Shown: piece after piece, positions 48,818-58,835 of the stretch
Layout: each line of letters opens with the position of its first letter
Position numbering within the stretch: the first letter of the stretch is position 1
From: an uncultured Muribaculaceae bacterium
Lineage (GTDB): Bacteria > Bacillota_I > Bacilli_A > RF39 > UBA660
Direction of reading: 5' to 3'
Length of the DNA stretch: 64,000 bases
Assembly (NCBI GenBank): GCA_964529195.1
Contig: CAZGWM010000001.1
Span: 19,294-83,293 of the forward strand
The notes under the pieces: generated by a model
The model's input: the letters and a program-made list of their open reading frames with translations, nothing else
Database searches by the model: none
Told to the model about the DNA's origin: nothing
Translations under genes and position numbers: made by a program

Positions 48818-50077
48818 TCAAGTATTTGATTTAACTTCGGTATTTGACGGAAGATTTATTTCTTCTTTTATCTGATTGTTTTTAACAAATATTTTAGAAG
48901 TTTGTTTGATATTATTAAACATTCCTTCTTTTGAAGCACTTAGATTTGCCCAGTTATCTATTCTTAAAGTATCAAAAGTAGCTCCATCAAACATATTATC
49001 CATATTTTCTACTTTAGATATATTCCAAGATTTAATATCTATTGTTTTAATATTTGCTTCTTTAAACGCTTTATTTAAACTAATTACGCCTGATGTATTT
49101 AATTTATTTAATCCAGTTACTTTTACTTCTTCAATATTTTTACCTATTTCATAAAACATTGAATCCATATTTGTAGTAAATTTTGTATTTAAATTTGTTA
49201 AATCTAATTCTTTTAAGTTTGTTAATCCTTTAAATAGTAGAGAAGAATCTTCTCCAGTAAACACTCCACCATTTTGACCAATTGTTACCTTATACATATT
49301 ATCTGATTCAGATGCAGTATACCAAGCAACTATTTCAGAAGTCTCAGATACTTTCCAGTTACCTAAAACATCTTCTGGAATTATATTTGTATTTACAAAA
49401 GTTATTTCTTCTATTTCACTTTTTAGAAGCTGACTTCCTAAGAAATATTCGTTTTCATTTACTTTGTTTATTGTTTCAGGTTTATACATAGTTACTGCAA
49501 CTATTGATAATTTTACCTCTAAGTTTGTATTTGATATTGTTTCATCTACCCATATATCTTCACTATTACCATTTAACCACATTCTATAATTATATAAATG
49601 TGATTCTTTTTTATTGAAATGGTTTTTCATTATTACATAATTATTAACAGATCCATCAATTATATGAACTGAAGATTCTTTTTCGAGTAAATCTAGTGAT
49701 GCTATTAATGAATCTCTAGGACCAGTTAAAGAAGTTTTTATATATTCTTCTTTTCTTAGTGAGCTTGTATTCATAACTGACATAACTATCTTATAATCAA
49801 CAAAAGTATCACAGTTATTAGTTACTTTAAACATATACGGTGTGGTTTTCATTCCGCTTTCATCCGTTAGAGGAAAAGCATTATTTAGTTTAATACTCTC
49901 ATTAACACCATTTATAGTTACTTCCATACAATCAAGAGTTGATATAATGCTTTGACCTTTTTGAATTTCCTCTGATTTTACAAATGAATAAGTAACTGCT
50001 GTTATAGTTACAATCATCATTACAATACTTATTATTCCTATTATTAAATATTTTTTAGTAATTTTCACTAAGTTCAC
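48818..50077 (-). CDS. DUF285 / BspA-like surface protein (26-residue-repeat family, PF03382), N-terminally membrane-anchored
   Basis: N-terminal TM helix; C-terminal repeats of the ...L.nLdtsnvtnMs.MF... type (DLTNLNTKFTTNMDSMFYE; DIKSWNISKVENMDNMFDGA; DNWANLSASKEGMFNN). Confidence 0.6.
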   Translation of the reverse strand: MNLVKITKKYLIIGIISIVMMIVTITAVTYSFVKSEEIQKGQSIISTLDCMEVTINGVNESIKLNNAFPLTDESGMKTTPYMFKVTNNCDTFVDYKIVMSVMNTSSLRKEEYIKTSLTGPRDSLIASLDLLEKESSVHIIDGSVNNYVIMKNHFNKKESHLYNYRMWLNGNSEDIWVDETISNTNLEVKLSIVAVTMYKPETINKVNENEYFLGSQLLKSEIEEITFVNTNIIPEDVLGNWKVSETSEIVAWYTASESDNMYKVTIGQNGGVFTGEDSSLLFKGLTNLKELDLTNLNTKFTTNMDSMFYEIGKNIEEVKVTGLNKLNTSGVISLNKAFKEANIKTIDIKSWNISKVENMDNMFDGATFDTLRIDNWANLSASKEGMFNNIKQTSKIFVKNNQIKEEINLPSNTEVKSNT

Positions 50078-50127
50078 CTATCTTTATAAGTAAATTTTAA
50101 CACAGTAAACATCTATTTTCAATCTAG

Positions 50128-50445
50128 TTATACTCTAATTAAAGAAAGTGCTTCTAATTCGTTTTTTATTATTTTAAAATCTTCTTTTAACTCTTCTGTT
50201 GGATTACATATCAAAAATTTACCATTATTTTTATATATTAATTCTTCTCCCATTTTTAATGTCTTTATTCCTTCATAATCAATTATATTTATATTTGTTA
50301 AATTATAAACTAAAAATCTAATCCCATTTCTTTTTATTAAAGGAATGATATATTTGTTAAATTCTTTTGCCGTACTTAGAGTTAAATTTCCACATAATCT
50401 AACGAAAAGTATTCCTTTTTTATATTCTATATTTATTTTAAGCAT
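50128..50445 (-). CDS. STAS-domain protein (anti-sigma-factor antagonist, SpoIIAA-like)
   Basis: 105-aa STAS pattern (ILFVRLCGNLTLSTAKEFNKYI...VYNLTNINIIDYEGIKTL); overlaps the upstream gene by 8 nt; no anti-sigma kinase partner gene nearby. Confidence 0.55.
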   Translation of the reverse strand: MLKINIEYKKGILFVRLCGNLTLSTAKEFNKYIIPLIKRNGIRFLVYNLTNINIIDYEGIKTLKMGEELIYKNNGKFLICNPTEELKEDFKIIKNELEALSLIRV

Positions 50446-51631
50446 GTTTTTTCCTTTTAAACATTTCTTTTATTATTTGATATATCATTAAAATGATAAA
50501 GATACCAGTTTTAATAAATACTTTGTTATTATTTTCAACAGTTTTATTAATAGGTGTAATGATTTCTTTTTTATTTTCAAGTTTTTTTGTTGTTATTTCT
50601 TCTACTATTAAATTGGTTTTTTTAGGATACGTTTTTTTCTTTTGAATATTTATAATTATATCTTTATAAAAGCAATCTTCTTTTGTAAAGCATATTGTTA
50701 CTTTTTGCGTGCCATTTTCAGAAAAATCTATATTACTTACACTATAAATATCGGCACTAGTATATATTATTAAAGGATCATCTAAAGTATTGATGTAATC
50801 AGCCACTATTATTTTATTTCTTTTATAATAATCATACTTAACAATATATTTATTTAAATCAAATACATAGCCTTCTTTTTCATTTAATTCATAAGATGAA
50901 TCAAGTATACCTAGTGAATAATATTTATATTTAACTACTTCTTTTTCATAATAAGGCTTTACCTCTTCATCGCTAAAATAAATATTTAATTCTTCATTTA
51001 AATTTAATCTAGTTAAACTTACACTATAATACCCAAGAAAACCGAAATCTTCTGAAGCCATTAATCTAAAATTAATGTTTTCATCGATATCTTCTGTTTC
51101 AAATAATATATTAATTTTTAATTCAGATAGTTGATAGTAATCATCTAATCTAATTATCATGTATGCATCACTAGGAATATTTTCGTTTATATCGTAACTT
51201 AAATTATTAAAAAAATAATCAACTTCTTTTTCCTGAGTATATACAGTTATTTTTTTTATCTTAGTATTTTTAACCTCAAAATTATTTAATAAAAAATGTC
51301 TTATTTTTTTATCTTCATCTATTTTTATTGTTATATTCTCTTTTGTGTTTTTTTCTGGATTACTTAATGCTAATTTCTCTACAATAAAATCTTCTTCGTC
51401 AATTTTATTGTATTCTTCAGTATTTTTATTTTTTTCAAAATAATTTTCTTTTAAAACCCCGTATTTATAATTATAATAATAAATTAATCTTTCTTTTTTT
51501 AGTAACTCTGTTTCTTTTAAATCTTCTTTAGTATTTTGTAAATATAATTTATATTCTGAATAATATTCTTTTCCATAAACTGTGCTTGGCATTAGCAAAA
51601 ACATAACTAACGCAACTATTATTTTTTTCAT
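50438..51631 (-). CDS. hypothetical secreted protein with a C-terminal membrane anchor (397 aa)
   Basis: Signal peptide MKKIIVALVMFLLMPSTVYG, Tyr/Asn/Lys-rich ectodomain, C-terminal TM helix plus KRKKHA tail. Confidence 0.5.
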   Translation of the reverse strand: MKKIIVALVMFLLMPSTVYGKEYYSEYKLYLQNTKEDLKETELLKKERLIYYYNYKYGVLKENYFEKNKNTEEYNKIDEEDFIVEKLALSNPEKNTKENITIKIDEDKKIRHFLLNNFEVKNTKIKKITVYTQEKEVDYFFNNLSYDINENIPSDAYMIIRLDDYYQLSELKINILFETEDIDENINFRLMASEDFGFLGYYSVSLTRLNLNEELNIYFSDEEVKPYYEKEVVKYKYYSLGILDSSYELNEKEGYVFDLNKYIVKYDYYKRNKIIVADYINTLDDPLIIYTSADIYSVSNIDFSENGTQKVTICFTKEDCFYKDIIINIQKKKTYPKKTNLIVEEITTKKLENKKEIITPINKTVENNNKVFIKTGIFIILMIYQIIKEMFKRKKHA

Positions 51632-51778
51632 TTAACCTCCTTACTATTTAATGTTATAAGTAAAACTCTTATTTCCTTTAAATAATTTTAGATGGACAAA
51701 ATAGGTTAAATGTAATATAATATATTGACCAAGAGAACTTATGTTTAATTTATTTTTTAGCAAGGAGGATTTTTTTAC

Positions 51779-53402
51779 ATGAAAAATAATGAGACAATTA
51801 CGTCTGTTTTTGCACTTGGAGGCTTAGGAGAAGTCGGTAAAAACATGTACGTTGTAGAACATGGTGATGAAATCATCATCATGGATGCAGGGGTATTATT
51901 CCCTGAGGATGAATTACTTGGAATCGATTATGTTATTCAAGATATAACCTATTTAAAACAAAATCAAAATAAAATAAAAGCTTTATTTATAACTCACGGT
52001 CATGAGGATCATATTGGAGGTATTACTTTCCTACTTCAACATATGGATATACCTGTTATATATGCTTCTCAAATCGCTAGTGATTTAATTGTTAAAAAGC
52101 TTAATGATAAAAATATAAAATATAAAAACTTAAAAGTTTATCATGCAGATGATGTGTTTAAATTTAAACATATGACTGTTGATTTTATTACAACAACTCA
52201 CTCAATACCTGATAGTTATGGTATTGTTATTAGAACTCCAAACGGAATTATTGTTAATACAGGAGATTTTAAGTTTGATTTAACTCCGATTGGACCTATG
52301 GCTGATATTCATAAAATGGCTAAACTTGGTGATGAAGGTGTTAAACTTCTTATGTCAGATAGTACTAACTCATTAACTCCAGGTTCATCAAAAAGTGAAA
52401 GTATTGTAGATGAGGCACTAGGAGATGTATTTGCAAGACATAATTCAAGAATTATTGTTGCAACATTTGCATAATAGAAAAATAATTACTTTCGGTAGAA
52501 GTATGGAAAACGCTAAAGAAATAGCGATTAAAAATAACTTAATCGAAGATAAATCTGTTTTTGTTAATTTAAATGAAGCTAAAGACTTAAAGAAAAATGA
52601 AATATGTATATTATGTACAGGTTCTCAAGGTGAACCTTTAGCAGCATTAACTAGAATAGCAGATGGAACTCATCGTCAAATTCAATTATTACCAGATGAT
52701 ATTGTAGTATTTTCATCAAGCCCTATTCCAGGAAATAAAAATAGTATTAATCGTGTTATTAATAAATTATATTTAAAAGGTGTCAAAGTATATACTAATA
52801 CTGAACTATCAGATATTCACACCTCTGGACATGCTAACCAAGAAGAATTAAAATGGATGCTTCGTTTAATGAAACCTGAATATTTTATGCCAGTTCATGG
52901 TGAGTATAGAATGCTTAAATATCATTCTGATTTAGCAATTGATTGTGATGTTAAAAAAGAAAATATATTCATTTGTGAAAATGGAGAAACAATTGAATTA
53001 AGTAAAGACGGAGTTAAAAAAGGTAGAAAAGTTACTGCTGGAGATGTTTATGTAGATGGATCAAGAGTTGGTGATATTGGTTCTATTGTTATTAAAGATA
53101 GAAAATTAATGAGTAATGATGGGATATTAGTAGCTTTTATTAATATTAATCCTAAAACAAAAGAATTGTTAATTAAACCAAATATTACTACAAGAGGATT
53201 TGTCTTAATAAATGAAAATATTGATTTAATTAAAAAAATAGAAGAGAAAGTAACTTCTATAATAATGAACTCACTTAAAGCAAACTACAATTTACTAGAT
53301 TTAAAAAATCAAATAATTTTAGAATTAAATCCATTTATAAATAATTTAACCGGAAGAAGACCAATAATTATGCCGGTAATAATGGAAGTTGATGAAAGAT
53401 AA
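51779..53402 (+). CDS. rnj: ribonuclease J, reading frame interrupted at ~52440-52480 (track ORFs 51779-52474 and 52425-53402 overlap in different frames)
   Basis: N-part has the metallo-beta-lactamase HxHxDH motif (ITHGHEDHIGG) and ends ...SRIIVATFA*. The C-part (+1 frame) resumes at ...NRKIITFGRSMENAKEIA... with beta-CASP and RNase J C-terminal regions. By recollection of B. subtilis RNase J1, ~15 residues (SNIHRLQQVIEAAxx) are absent at the junction. Confidence 0.8.
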
Positions 53403-53430
53403 AATACCTCTAAAGAGGTATTTTTATTTT
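53400..53430. terminator. bidirectional terminator between rnj and the convergent peroxiredoxin gene
   Basis: ATACCTCT-AA-AGAGGTAT hairpin followed by TTTTTATTTT. Confidence 0.6.
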
Positions 53431-53452
53431 AAAAAAAGAACTTAATTAGTTC

Positions 53453-54139
53453 TTATTTATCTTTTTTAAAACACATAAACCAATCAAGACAGTATGTGTC
53501 TTCAGATTTATCTTCCATTCTTTCTTTAGCTACCCCGCATGATCCTGCAGTTGGAATTATTACATCATCTCCAGGTCTCCAGTTTGCTGGCGTTGCTACA
53601 TTATCTTTATCTGCTTTTTGTAGAGCCTCTATTATTCTTTTTATTTCATCCATATTTCTTCCGGCTGACATTGGATAATATAAGATAGTTCTTACTTTAG
53701 ATTCAGGATCTATAATAAATACTGCTCTTACAGCCTGAGTATCAGATGCTCCTTCTTGAAGCATTCCATATTTTTTAGATACTTCCATTTTTATATCTTC
53801 AATTAAAGGAAACTCTACTTCGATATTTTTCATTCCATTAAATTCAATATCTTTTATTTTTCTTAACCATGCTATATGAGAATAAAGTGAATCAATTGAA
53901 AGTCCTACTAATTCAGTATTCATTTTTTTAAATTCATCACTCATAGCAGCAAAGGTCATAAATTCAGTTGTACATACTGGAGTGAAATCTGCTGGATGGG
54001 AAAATAATATTACCCATTTACCTTTATAATCTTCTGGAAAGTTTATTTCTCCTTGTGTTGTTACAGCTTTAAAACTAGGTGCTGTATCACCTATTAGCGG
54101 CATTTTATTTACCACTGGTTCATTTATATTATCTTGCAT
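53453..54139 (-). CDS. peroxiredoxin (AhpC/TSA family)
   Basis: Peroxidatic Cys motif FTPVCTTE within a thioredoxin fold; 228 aa. Confidence 0.8.
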   Translation of the reverse strand: MQDNINEPVVNKMPLIGDTAPSFKAVTTQGEINFPEDYKGKWVILFSHPADFTPVCTTEFMTFAAMSDEFKKMNTELVGLSIDSLYSHIAWLRKIKDIEFNGMKNIEVEFPLIEDIKMEVSKKYGMLQEGASDTQAVRAVFIIDPESKVRTILYYPMSAGRNMDEIKRIIEALQKADKDNVATPANWRPGDDVIIPTAGSCGVAKERMEDKSEDTYCLDWFMCFKKDK

Positions 54140-54150
54140 TTTTTCTCCTT

Positions 54151-54462
54151 CTAATTATCAATAAATGTTGTTAGTTGAGCTTTTTGTTTAAAACCCGGTT
54201 CTACTTTTTGAACTTCACCATTTTTAACAAGCATTAATGTAGGAATTGACATTACACCGTATTCCATAGCTAATTCTCTATTTGTATCAATATTAATACG
54301 AACAAAGTCTACATCTTCTCTTTCTGGAGCATATTCTTTTAATACTACAGCTTGCATTTTACATGGTCCGCACCAGTCAGCAAAAAACGTTACTAGTACT
54401 GGTTTATTATTTTTCATTACTTTTTCTTCAAATTCATTTTTTGATATTTCAAATAAGTTCAT
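54151..54462 (-). CDS. trxA: thioredoxin
   Basis: WCGPC active site (FFADWCGPCKM); 103 aa. Confidence 0.9.
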   Translation of the reverse strand: MNLFEISKNEFEEKVMKNNKPVLVTFFADWCGPCKMQAVVLKEYAPEREDVDFVRINIDTNRELAMEYGVMSIPTLMLVKNGEVQKVEPGFKQKAQLTTFIDN

Positions 54463-54525
54463 AATTGCCTCCTTCTTTTAGTATTATAATACACTTTATT
54501 TTCTTTTTCAGTGATAATATCACAT

Positions 54526-54554
54526 TTGACATAAAGACTTATTTAAAATATACT
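54526..54554 (+). promoter_or_regulatory. sigma-A promoter giving a leaderless transcript for the Crp/Fnr regulator gene
   Basis: TTGACA (54526-54531), 17-nt spacer, TATACT (54549-54554), then 6 nt and ATG 54561 with no SD. Confidence 0.5.
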
Positions 54555-54560
54555 TTTAGT

Positions 54561-55217
54561 ATGAATGAAAAAATATTAAAAAAAGGATTTTCAATTTGGA
54601 ATAAACTTGATTTCGAGATGCAAAACACTCTTCTTAAATCATCTAAAATAATTAGCTATAAAAAAGGAGACATAATTCATAGAGGTGAAAACTCATGTCT
54701 CGGTTTAATTATTATAGATAAAGGTTTAGTTAAAGCATTCTCATCTCCAGATGGAAATAAAAAAATTACATTATATAGACTATATGATAATGATATGTGT
54801 TTATTTACTGCATCATGTATTATGAAAGATGTTTCTTTTGATATCTTTTTAGAATGTGAAGAAGATACTACTCTTTTATTAGTACCTACTGAAATATTTG
54901 ATGAAGTAATTAACAAATCAAGCATAATAGCAAATTATATTAATAAAATTATATTATCTAGATTCTCAGATGTTATGTGGATTTTAGAACAGGTTACATT
55001 TCATAGATTAGATAAAAGAATTGCTGATTATTTAATTAATTTAGGCGATGATGAAATTATTATTACTCATGAGAAAATAGCAAGTGATTTAGGTAGCGCT
55101 AGAGAAGTAATTAGTAGATTATTAAAACATTTTGAAAAAGATAATTTAGTTAAATTAGAAAGAAATAAAATTACCATTATAAATAGAGATAAGCTACTGG
55201 AAATTAGCAACAATTAG
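54561..55217 (+). CDS. Crp/Fnr family transcriptional regulator (cNMP-binding domain plus C-terminal HTH)
   Basis: cNMP-binding fold (...[31 protein letters not shown]...) and HTH ([21 protein letters not shown]). Start taken at ATG 54561; the track's upstream extension overlaps the divergent trxA promoter region. Confidence 0.7.
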   Translation: MNEKILKKGFSIWNKLDFEMQNTLLKSSKIISYKKGDIIHRGENSCLGLIIIDKGLVKAFSSPDGNKKITLYRLYDNDMCLFTASCIMKDVSFDIFLECEEDTTLLLVPTEIFDEVINKSSIIANYINKIILSRFSDVMWILEQVTFHRLDKRIADYLINLGDDEIIITHEKIASDLGSAREVISRLLKHFEKDNLVKLERNKITIINRDKLLEISNN

Positions 55218-55242
55218 ATATATAATTGTTTTAGGAGGAATT

Positions 55243-55623
55243 ATGCTAAAGGATTTTAAAGAATTTATTTCAAGAGGTAATGTTATTGATTTAGCAGTTG
55301 GTGTTATTATTGGTGGTGCTTTTGGAAAAATTGTTACATCACTAGTTAATGATATTATTATGCCACTTGTTGGAATTTTACTTGGTGGTTTAGATTTTAC
55401 TTCACTAACACTTAATTTAAATGATGCTGTTATATCATATGGATCATTTATTCAAAACATTGTTGATTTCTTAATTATTTCTGCTTCTATTTTTCTTGTT
55501 ATTAGATTAATGAATAAACTTAAAAAAGCTGAAGAAGTTAAAGAAGAAGTAAAAAAAGAAGTTAAACCTTCACAAGAAGATTTACTAACTGAAATAAGAG
55601 ATTTATTAAAGAAAAAAAAGTAA
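55243..55623 (+). CDS. mscL: large-conductance mechanosensitive channel MscL
   Basis: [31 protein letters not shown]... MscL signature; 126 aa. Confidence 0.9.
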   Translation: MLKDFKEFISRGNVIDLAVGVIIGGAFGKIVTSLVNDIIMPLVGILLGGLDFTSLTLNLNDAVISYGSFIQNIVDFLIISASIFLVIRLMNKLKKAEEVKEEVKKEVKPSQEDLLTEIRDLLKKKK

Positions 55624-55630
55624 GCTTAGC

Positions 55631-56344
55631 TTACTTTTTATATTGATATAATTTTTTTACTTCTTTTATTGTAAGTGGTCTATATGATCCTATCGGAAGA
55701 AAATCTAAATACAAAAATCCTAGTTCAATTCTGTTTAATTTTACTACTTTGTAGCCCATTCTTGAAAATAGTTTTTTTATAATATGATTTCTACCTTCAA
55801 TAATTGTTACCTCTACTATTGCTGAATCTTTTTTTATACTATTAGCTCTTACCTTGACTCTAGTTGGAATGCATTTTATTCCTTCAATTACAATTCCAGA
55901 TTGTAATTTTTTTAAATCTTTTAACTGTAAATATTTATTTATTTTAACTACATATTTTTTAGGTACTTCATTTGAAGGATGTGTTAATATATCGGATAGC
56001 TCTCCATCATTTGTAAGAATTAGTAATCCAGTTGTATTAAAATCAAGTCTTCCAACTGGATATATTCTTTTATCAGTATCTATTAAATCAACTACTGTTT
56101 TTCTACCTTTTTCATCTTTTACTGAAGATATAACACCTTTAGGTTTGTTAAGTAAATAATATACTTTATCTTCTTTTTCTAAAGTTTTACCATCTATTAC
56201 TATACTGTCGTTTCCTGATACTTTAAAGCCCATTTCTGTGACTTTAATACCATTTACATATACTTTTCCGTTTTTTATTAATTCTTCTGCATGTCTTCTA
56301 GAAGCATACCCAGATTGAGATATTTTCTTTTGTAATCTTTCCAT
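55631..56344 (-). CDS. pseudouridine synthase, RsuA/RluB family (S4 domain plus catalytic domain)
   Basis: S4 domain (RLQKKISQSGYASRRHAEELIKNGKVYVNG) and catalytic Asp motif (VGRLDFNTTGLLILTNDG). Confidence 0.85.
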   Translation of the reverse strand: MERLQKKISQSGYASRRHAEELIKNGKVYVNGIKVTEMGFKVSGNDSIVIDGKTLEKEDKVYYLLNKPKGVISSVKDEKGRKTVVDLIDTDKRIYPVGRLDFNTTGLLILTNDGELSDILTHPSNEVPKKYVVKINKYLQLKDLKKLQSGIVIEGIKCIPTRVKVRANSIKKDSAIVEVTIIEGRNHIIKKLFSRMGYKVVKLNRIELGFLYLDFLPIGSYRPLTIKEVKKLYQYKK

Positions 56345-56399
56345 TTTTTTCTCCTTAGTGATTAATATAGCTTATTATAAGTAAAATTACTATCTAAAG

Positions 56400-57158
56400 T
56401 TATATTTTTAATAAAACTTTTAATATCTCTATAATTAATGCTTGGTTAGTATATGTTATAAATATACTTACCGCTAAAAAAGGTCCGAACGGAAGCATAT
56501 TAGCTTTATTTTTTATTGATACATATAGTGCATATGGAAAAGCTAAGAAAGATGCTAAAACTATATAAAATATTCCTAGTGGAAATCCAAGTGTCATTCC
56601 CGCTACAAAAGATAGTTTTATATCTCCACCACCGAGTGATTCTTTTTTAAATATATTATTTCCCATTATCATAAGTACATACATAATAGCAAAAATTCCT
56701 AGGCCGGATAATAAACTTACTAAAGCTGCCTTTATTCCGAAAAATAGTATATTTATTATTAATATTAAGGTTCCAGATACTAAAATTGATTCATCTAAAA
56801 TTATCATCTCTTTTGTATCAGTTATAAATATTATTACTATTAATGATGATATAACAAGTGAGATAAAGAATTCTGGAGTTAATCCATATAATAAATAACT
56901 AAATAAAAATAATAAACCGGTTAATAATTCCATTGTGGGATATATTCTTGATATAGACTCACCACAGTGTTTGCACTTTCCTTTTAAAAATATATAAGAT
57001 AATACAGGTATATTTTCATACCAAGATAAAAAAGTTTTACATTTAGGGCAGTGACTACCAGGTTTTACAATTGATTCTTTTTTTAATAATCTAATACCTA
57101 CTACATTATAAAATGATCCAAGTATTAATCCAAAGATAAATATAAATAATTCCATCAA
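56400..57158 (-). CDS. prepilin peptidase (A24 family; PilD/ComC-type)
   Basis: N-terminal zinc-binding CxxC...CxxC (CPKC...CKHC) and multi-TM peptidase A24 body; 252 aa. Confidence 0.8.
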   Translation of the reverse strand: MMELFIFIFGLILGSFYNVVGIRLLKKESIVKPGSHCPKCKTFLSWYENIPVLSYIFLKGKCKHCGESISRIYPTMELLTGLLFLFSYLLYGLTPEFFISLVISSLIVIIFITDTKEMIILDESILVSGTLILIINILFFGIKAALVSLLSGLGIFAIMYVLMIMGNNIFKKESLGGGDIKLSFVAGMTLGFPLGIFYIVLASFLAFPYALYVSIKNKANMLPFGPFLAVSIFITYTNQALIIEILKVLLKI

Positions 57159-57166
57159 TCAGTCAC

Positions 57167-58747
57167 CTACATTATTTCAGAGTATAAACCAAACATTGGT
57201 AAGACAACTGCCATTACAATTCCACCAACTACTACTGCTAAAAAGATTATTAAAGCAGGCTCGATAAAACTCTTCATACTTTCTATTACTGTTTTATGAT
57301 TTGTTTGATAATAATCAGCTACTTTGCTCATCATTACAGCAAGTTCTCCAGTTGATTCACCAGTTACAATCATATAGTAAGCAACATCAGGAACAGCCCA
57401 GTGATTTTTAAATGCAGAGGATATTTTTTCACCTCTAGCTATGTTATCTAATGTTGTTATCATTATTTCTTTATATACTTCGTTATTAGTTATATTTGTT
57501 AATATATCAATACTTTCAGTTATAAATACATTATTATTTAATAGAGATGAAAATGTTTTAGCAAATATACTCATTTCTTTATATATAATAATATTTCCCA
57601 TTACAGGCATCTTCATCATTAGTTTTTGAAGTTGATGTCTAAATGCTTTAATTTTTTTATAAAGAGTCCCAATAATTATAATTATTACTGCTATTATAGC
57701 GAGTATATAACCTATATTTGAACTTAAAAAAGAACTTAAATTTATTATAAATGTAGTTAATGAATTTATTTCAGCTCCTGCTTGTTTGTATACATCTTGA
57801 AATTTGGGAATAACATAAATAAGGATAAATCCAACTACTCCAAGTGAAAATATCATTATTATTAAAGGATAACTTATTGCACTTACCATTTGTTTTCTTG
57901 TATTTTCAGTTTCAGTATAATAATCTGCCATATCATCTAGTGTTGCCTCTAAATCACCAGTTGCTTCAGCTGCTTTTATCATATTAATTAAAAGTTGTGG
58001 AAAAACAGTTCTTTGTTTATCAAGAGCAGTAGAGAAAGATTCACCTAGGGTTAAGTTATATATTATTGCATCAAATACTCTTTTTTTATTATGATCTTTA
58101 CTCATTTGTTTACTTAAAATTCTCATTGAATTAGTCAGTGGTATTCCTGATTTAATATAAGTAGATAGCTGTGTTAACCAAAAAATTAAATCTTTATTTT
58201 TAAATTTTGTTGAATTAAAAGAAGTAGGTCCATATAAAAACTCAATTAATTTAGAAGTTTCTATTTTAAGAACATCGTAATGTTCATTTTCTAAATACGT
58301 ATATACTTCCATTTTTGAAAAGGCAATAAATGTGTTTGTTTCTTTTTTAAAATCTTCGTTTATTGCTGTGTATCTAAAAGTTAGAGGTGTTGTAGATCTT
58401 ACCGCATCACTTTCAAGCGATAGTAAAAGATCTTTTCTCATTTCTTTATATTTTTCCTCTGTCCTTTTACTTAGTTTAGGTTTATTTTTTTCTATTGTTT
58501 GTTCTCTTTTTAATTTATCTATTTCTTCTATTATTGTACTTTCATCAGTTGCTAAATTTAACTCATCTCTATCAAATATACTTACTTGTTTTCTTTGTTT
58601 TACTTTATATACTTTAAATACTGTATCTCCAAGTATTTTAAGAATTATTCTAAAAGGAAACATTAATCCATATAAAAAGTAGTAACATCCTAAAAAGAAA
58701 AAGACAAGTGGTTTAAATATTGTTTTTATTATATTTTTCATCTTCAC
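57167..58747 (-). CDS. type II secretion / type IV pilus platform protein (GspF/PilC/ComGB-like) with a ~100-aa N-terminal extension
   Basis: Two T2SS-F-type domains with three TM segments; 526 aa. Confidence 0.75.
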   Translation of the reverse strand: MKMKNIIKTIFKPLVFFFLGCYYFLYGLMFPFRIILKILGDTVFKVYKVKQRKQVSIFDRDELNLATDESTIIEEIDKLKREQTIEKNKPKLSKRTEEKYKEMRKDLLLSLESDAVRSTTPLTFRYTAINEDFKKETNTFIAFSKMEVYTYLENEHYDVLKIETSKLIEFLYGPTSFNSTKFKNKDLIFWLTQLSTYIKSGIPLTNSMRILSKQMSKDHNKKRVFDAIIYNLTLGESFSTALDKQRTVFPQLLINMIKAAEATGDLEATLDDMADYYTETENTRKQMVSAISYPLIIMIFSLGVVGFILIYVIPKFQDVYKQAGAEINSLTTFIINLSSFLSSNIGYILAIIAVIIIIIGTLYKKIKAFRHQLQKLMMKMPVMGNIIIYKEMSIFAKTFSSLLNNNVFITESIDILTNITNNEVYKEIMITTLDNIARGEKISSAFKNHWAVPDVAYYMIVTGESTGELAVMMSKVADYYQTNHKTVIESMKSFIEPALIIFLAVVVGGIVMAVVLPMFGLYSEIM

Positions 58748-58813
58748 ACTACTACCCTTTACTATATGTAATTATATCATATTATATTTTTATAATAAAC
58801 TCTTATTTAACAA

Positions 58814-58835
58814 TAAAAAAAGGCATTTGCCTTTA
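58814..58835 (-). terminator. terminator after glmM
   Basis: AAAGGCA-TTT-GCCTTT hairpin with a U-tract on the minus strand. Confidence 0.55.
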
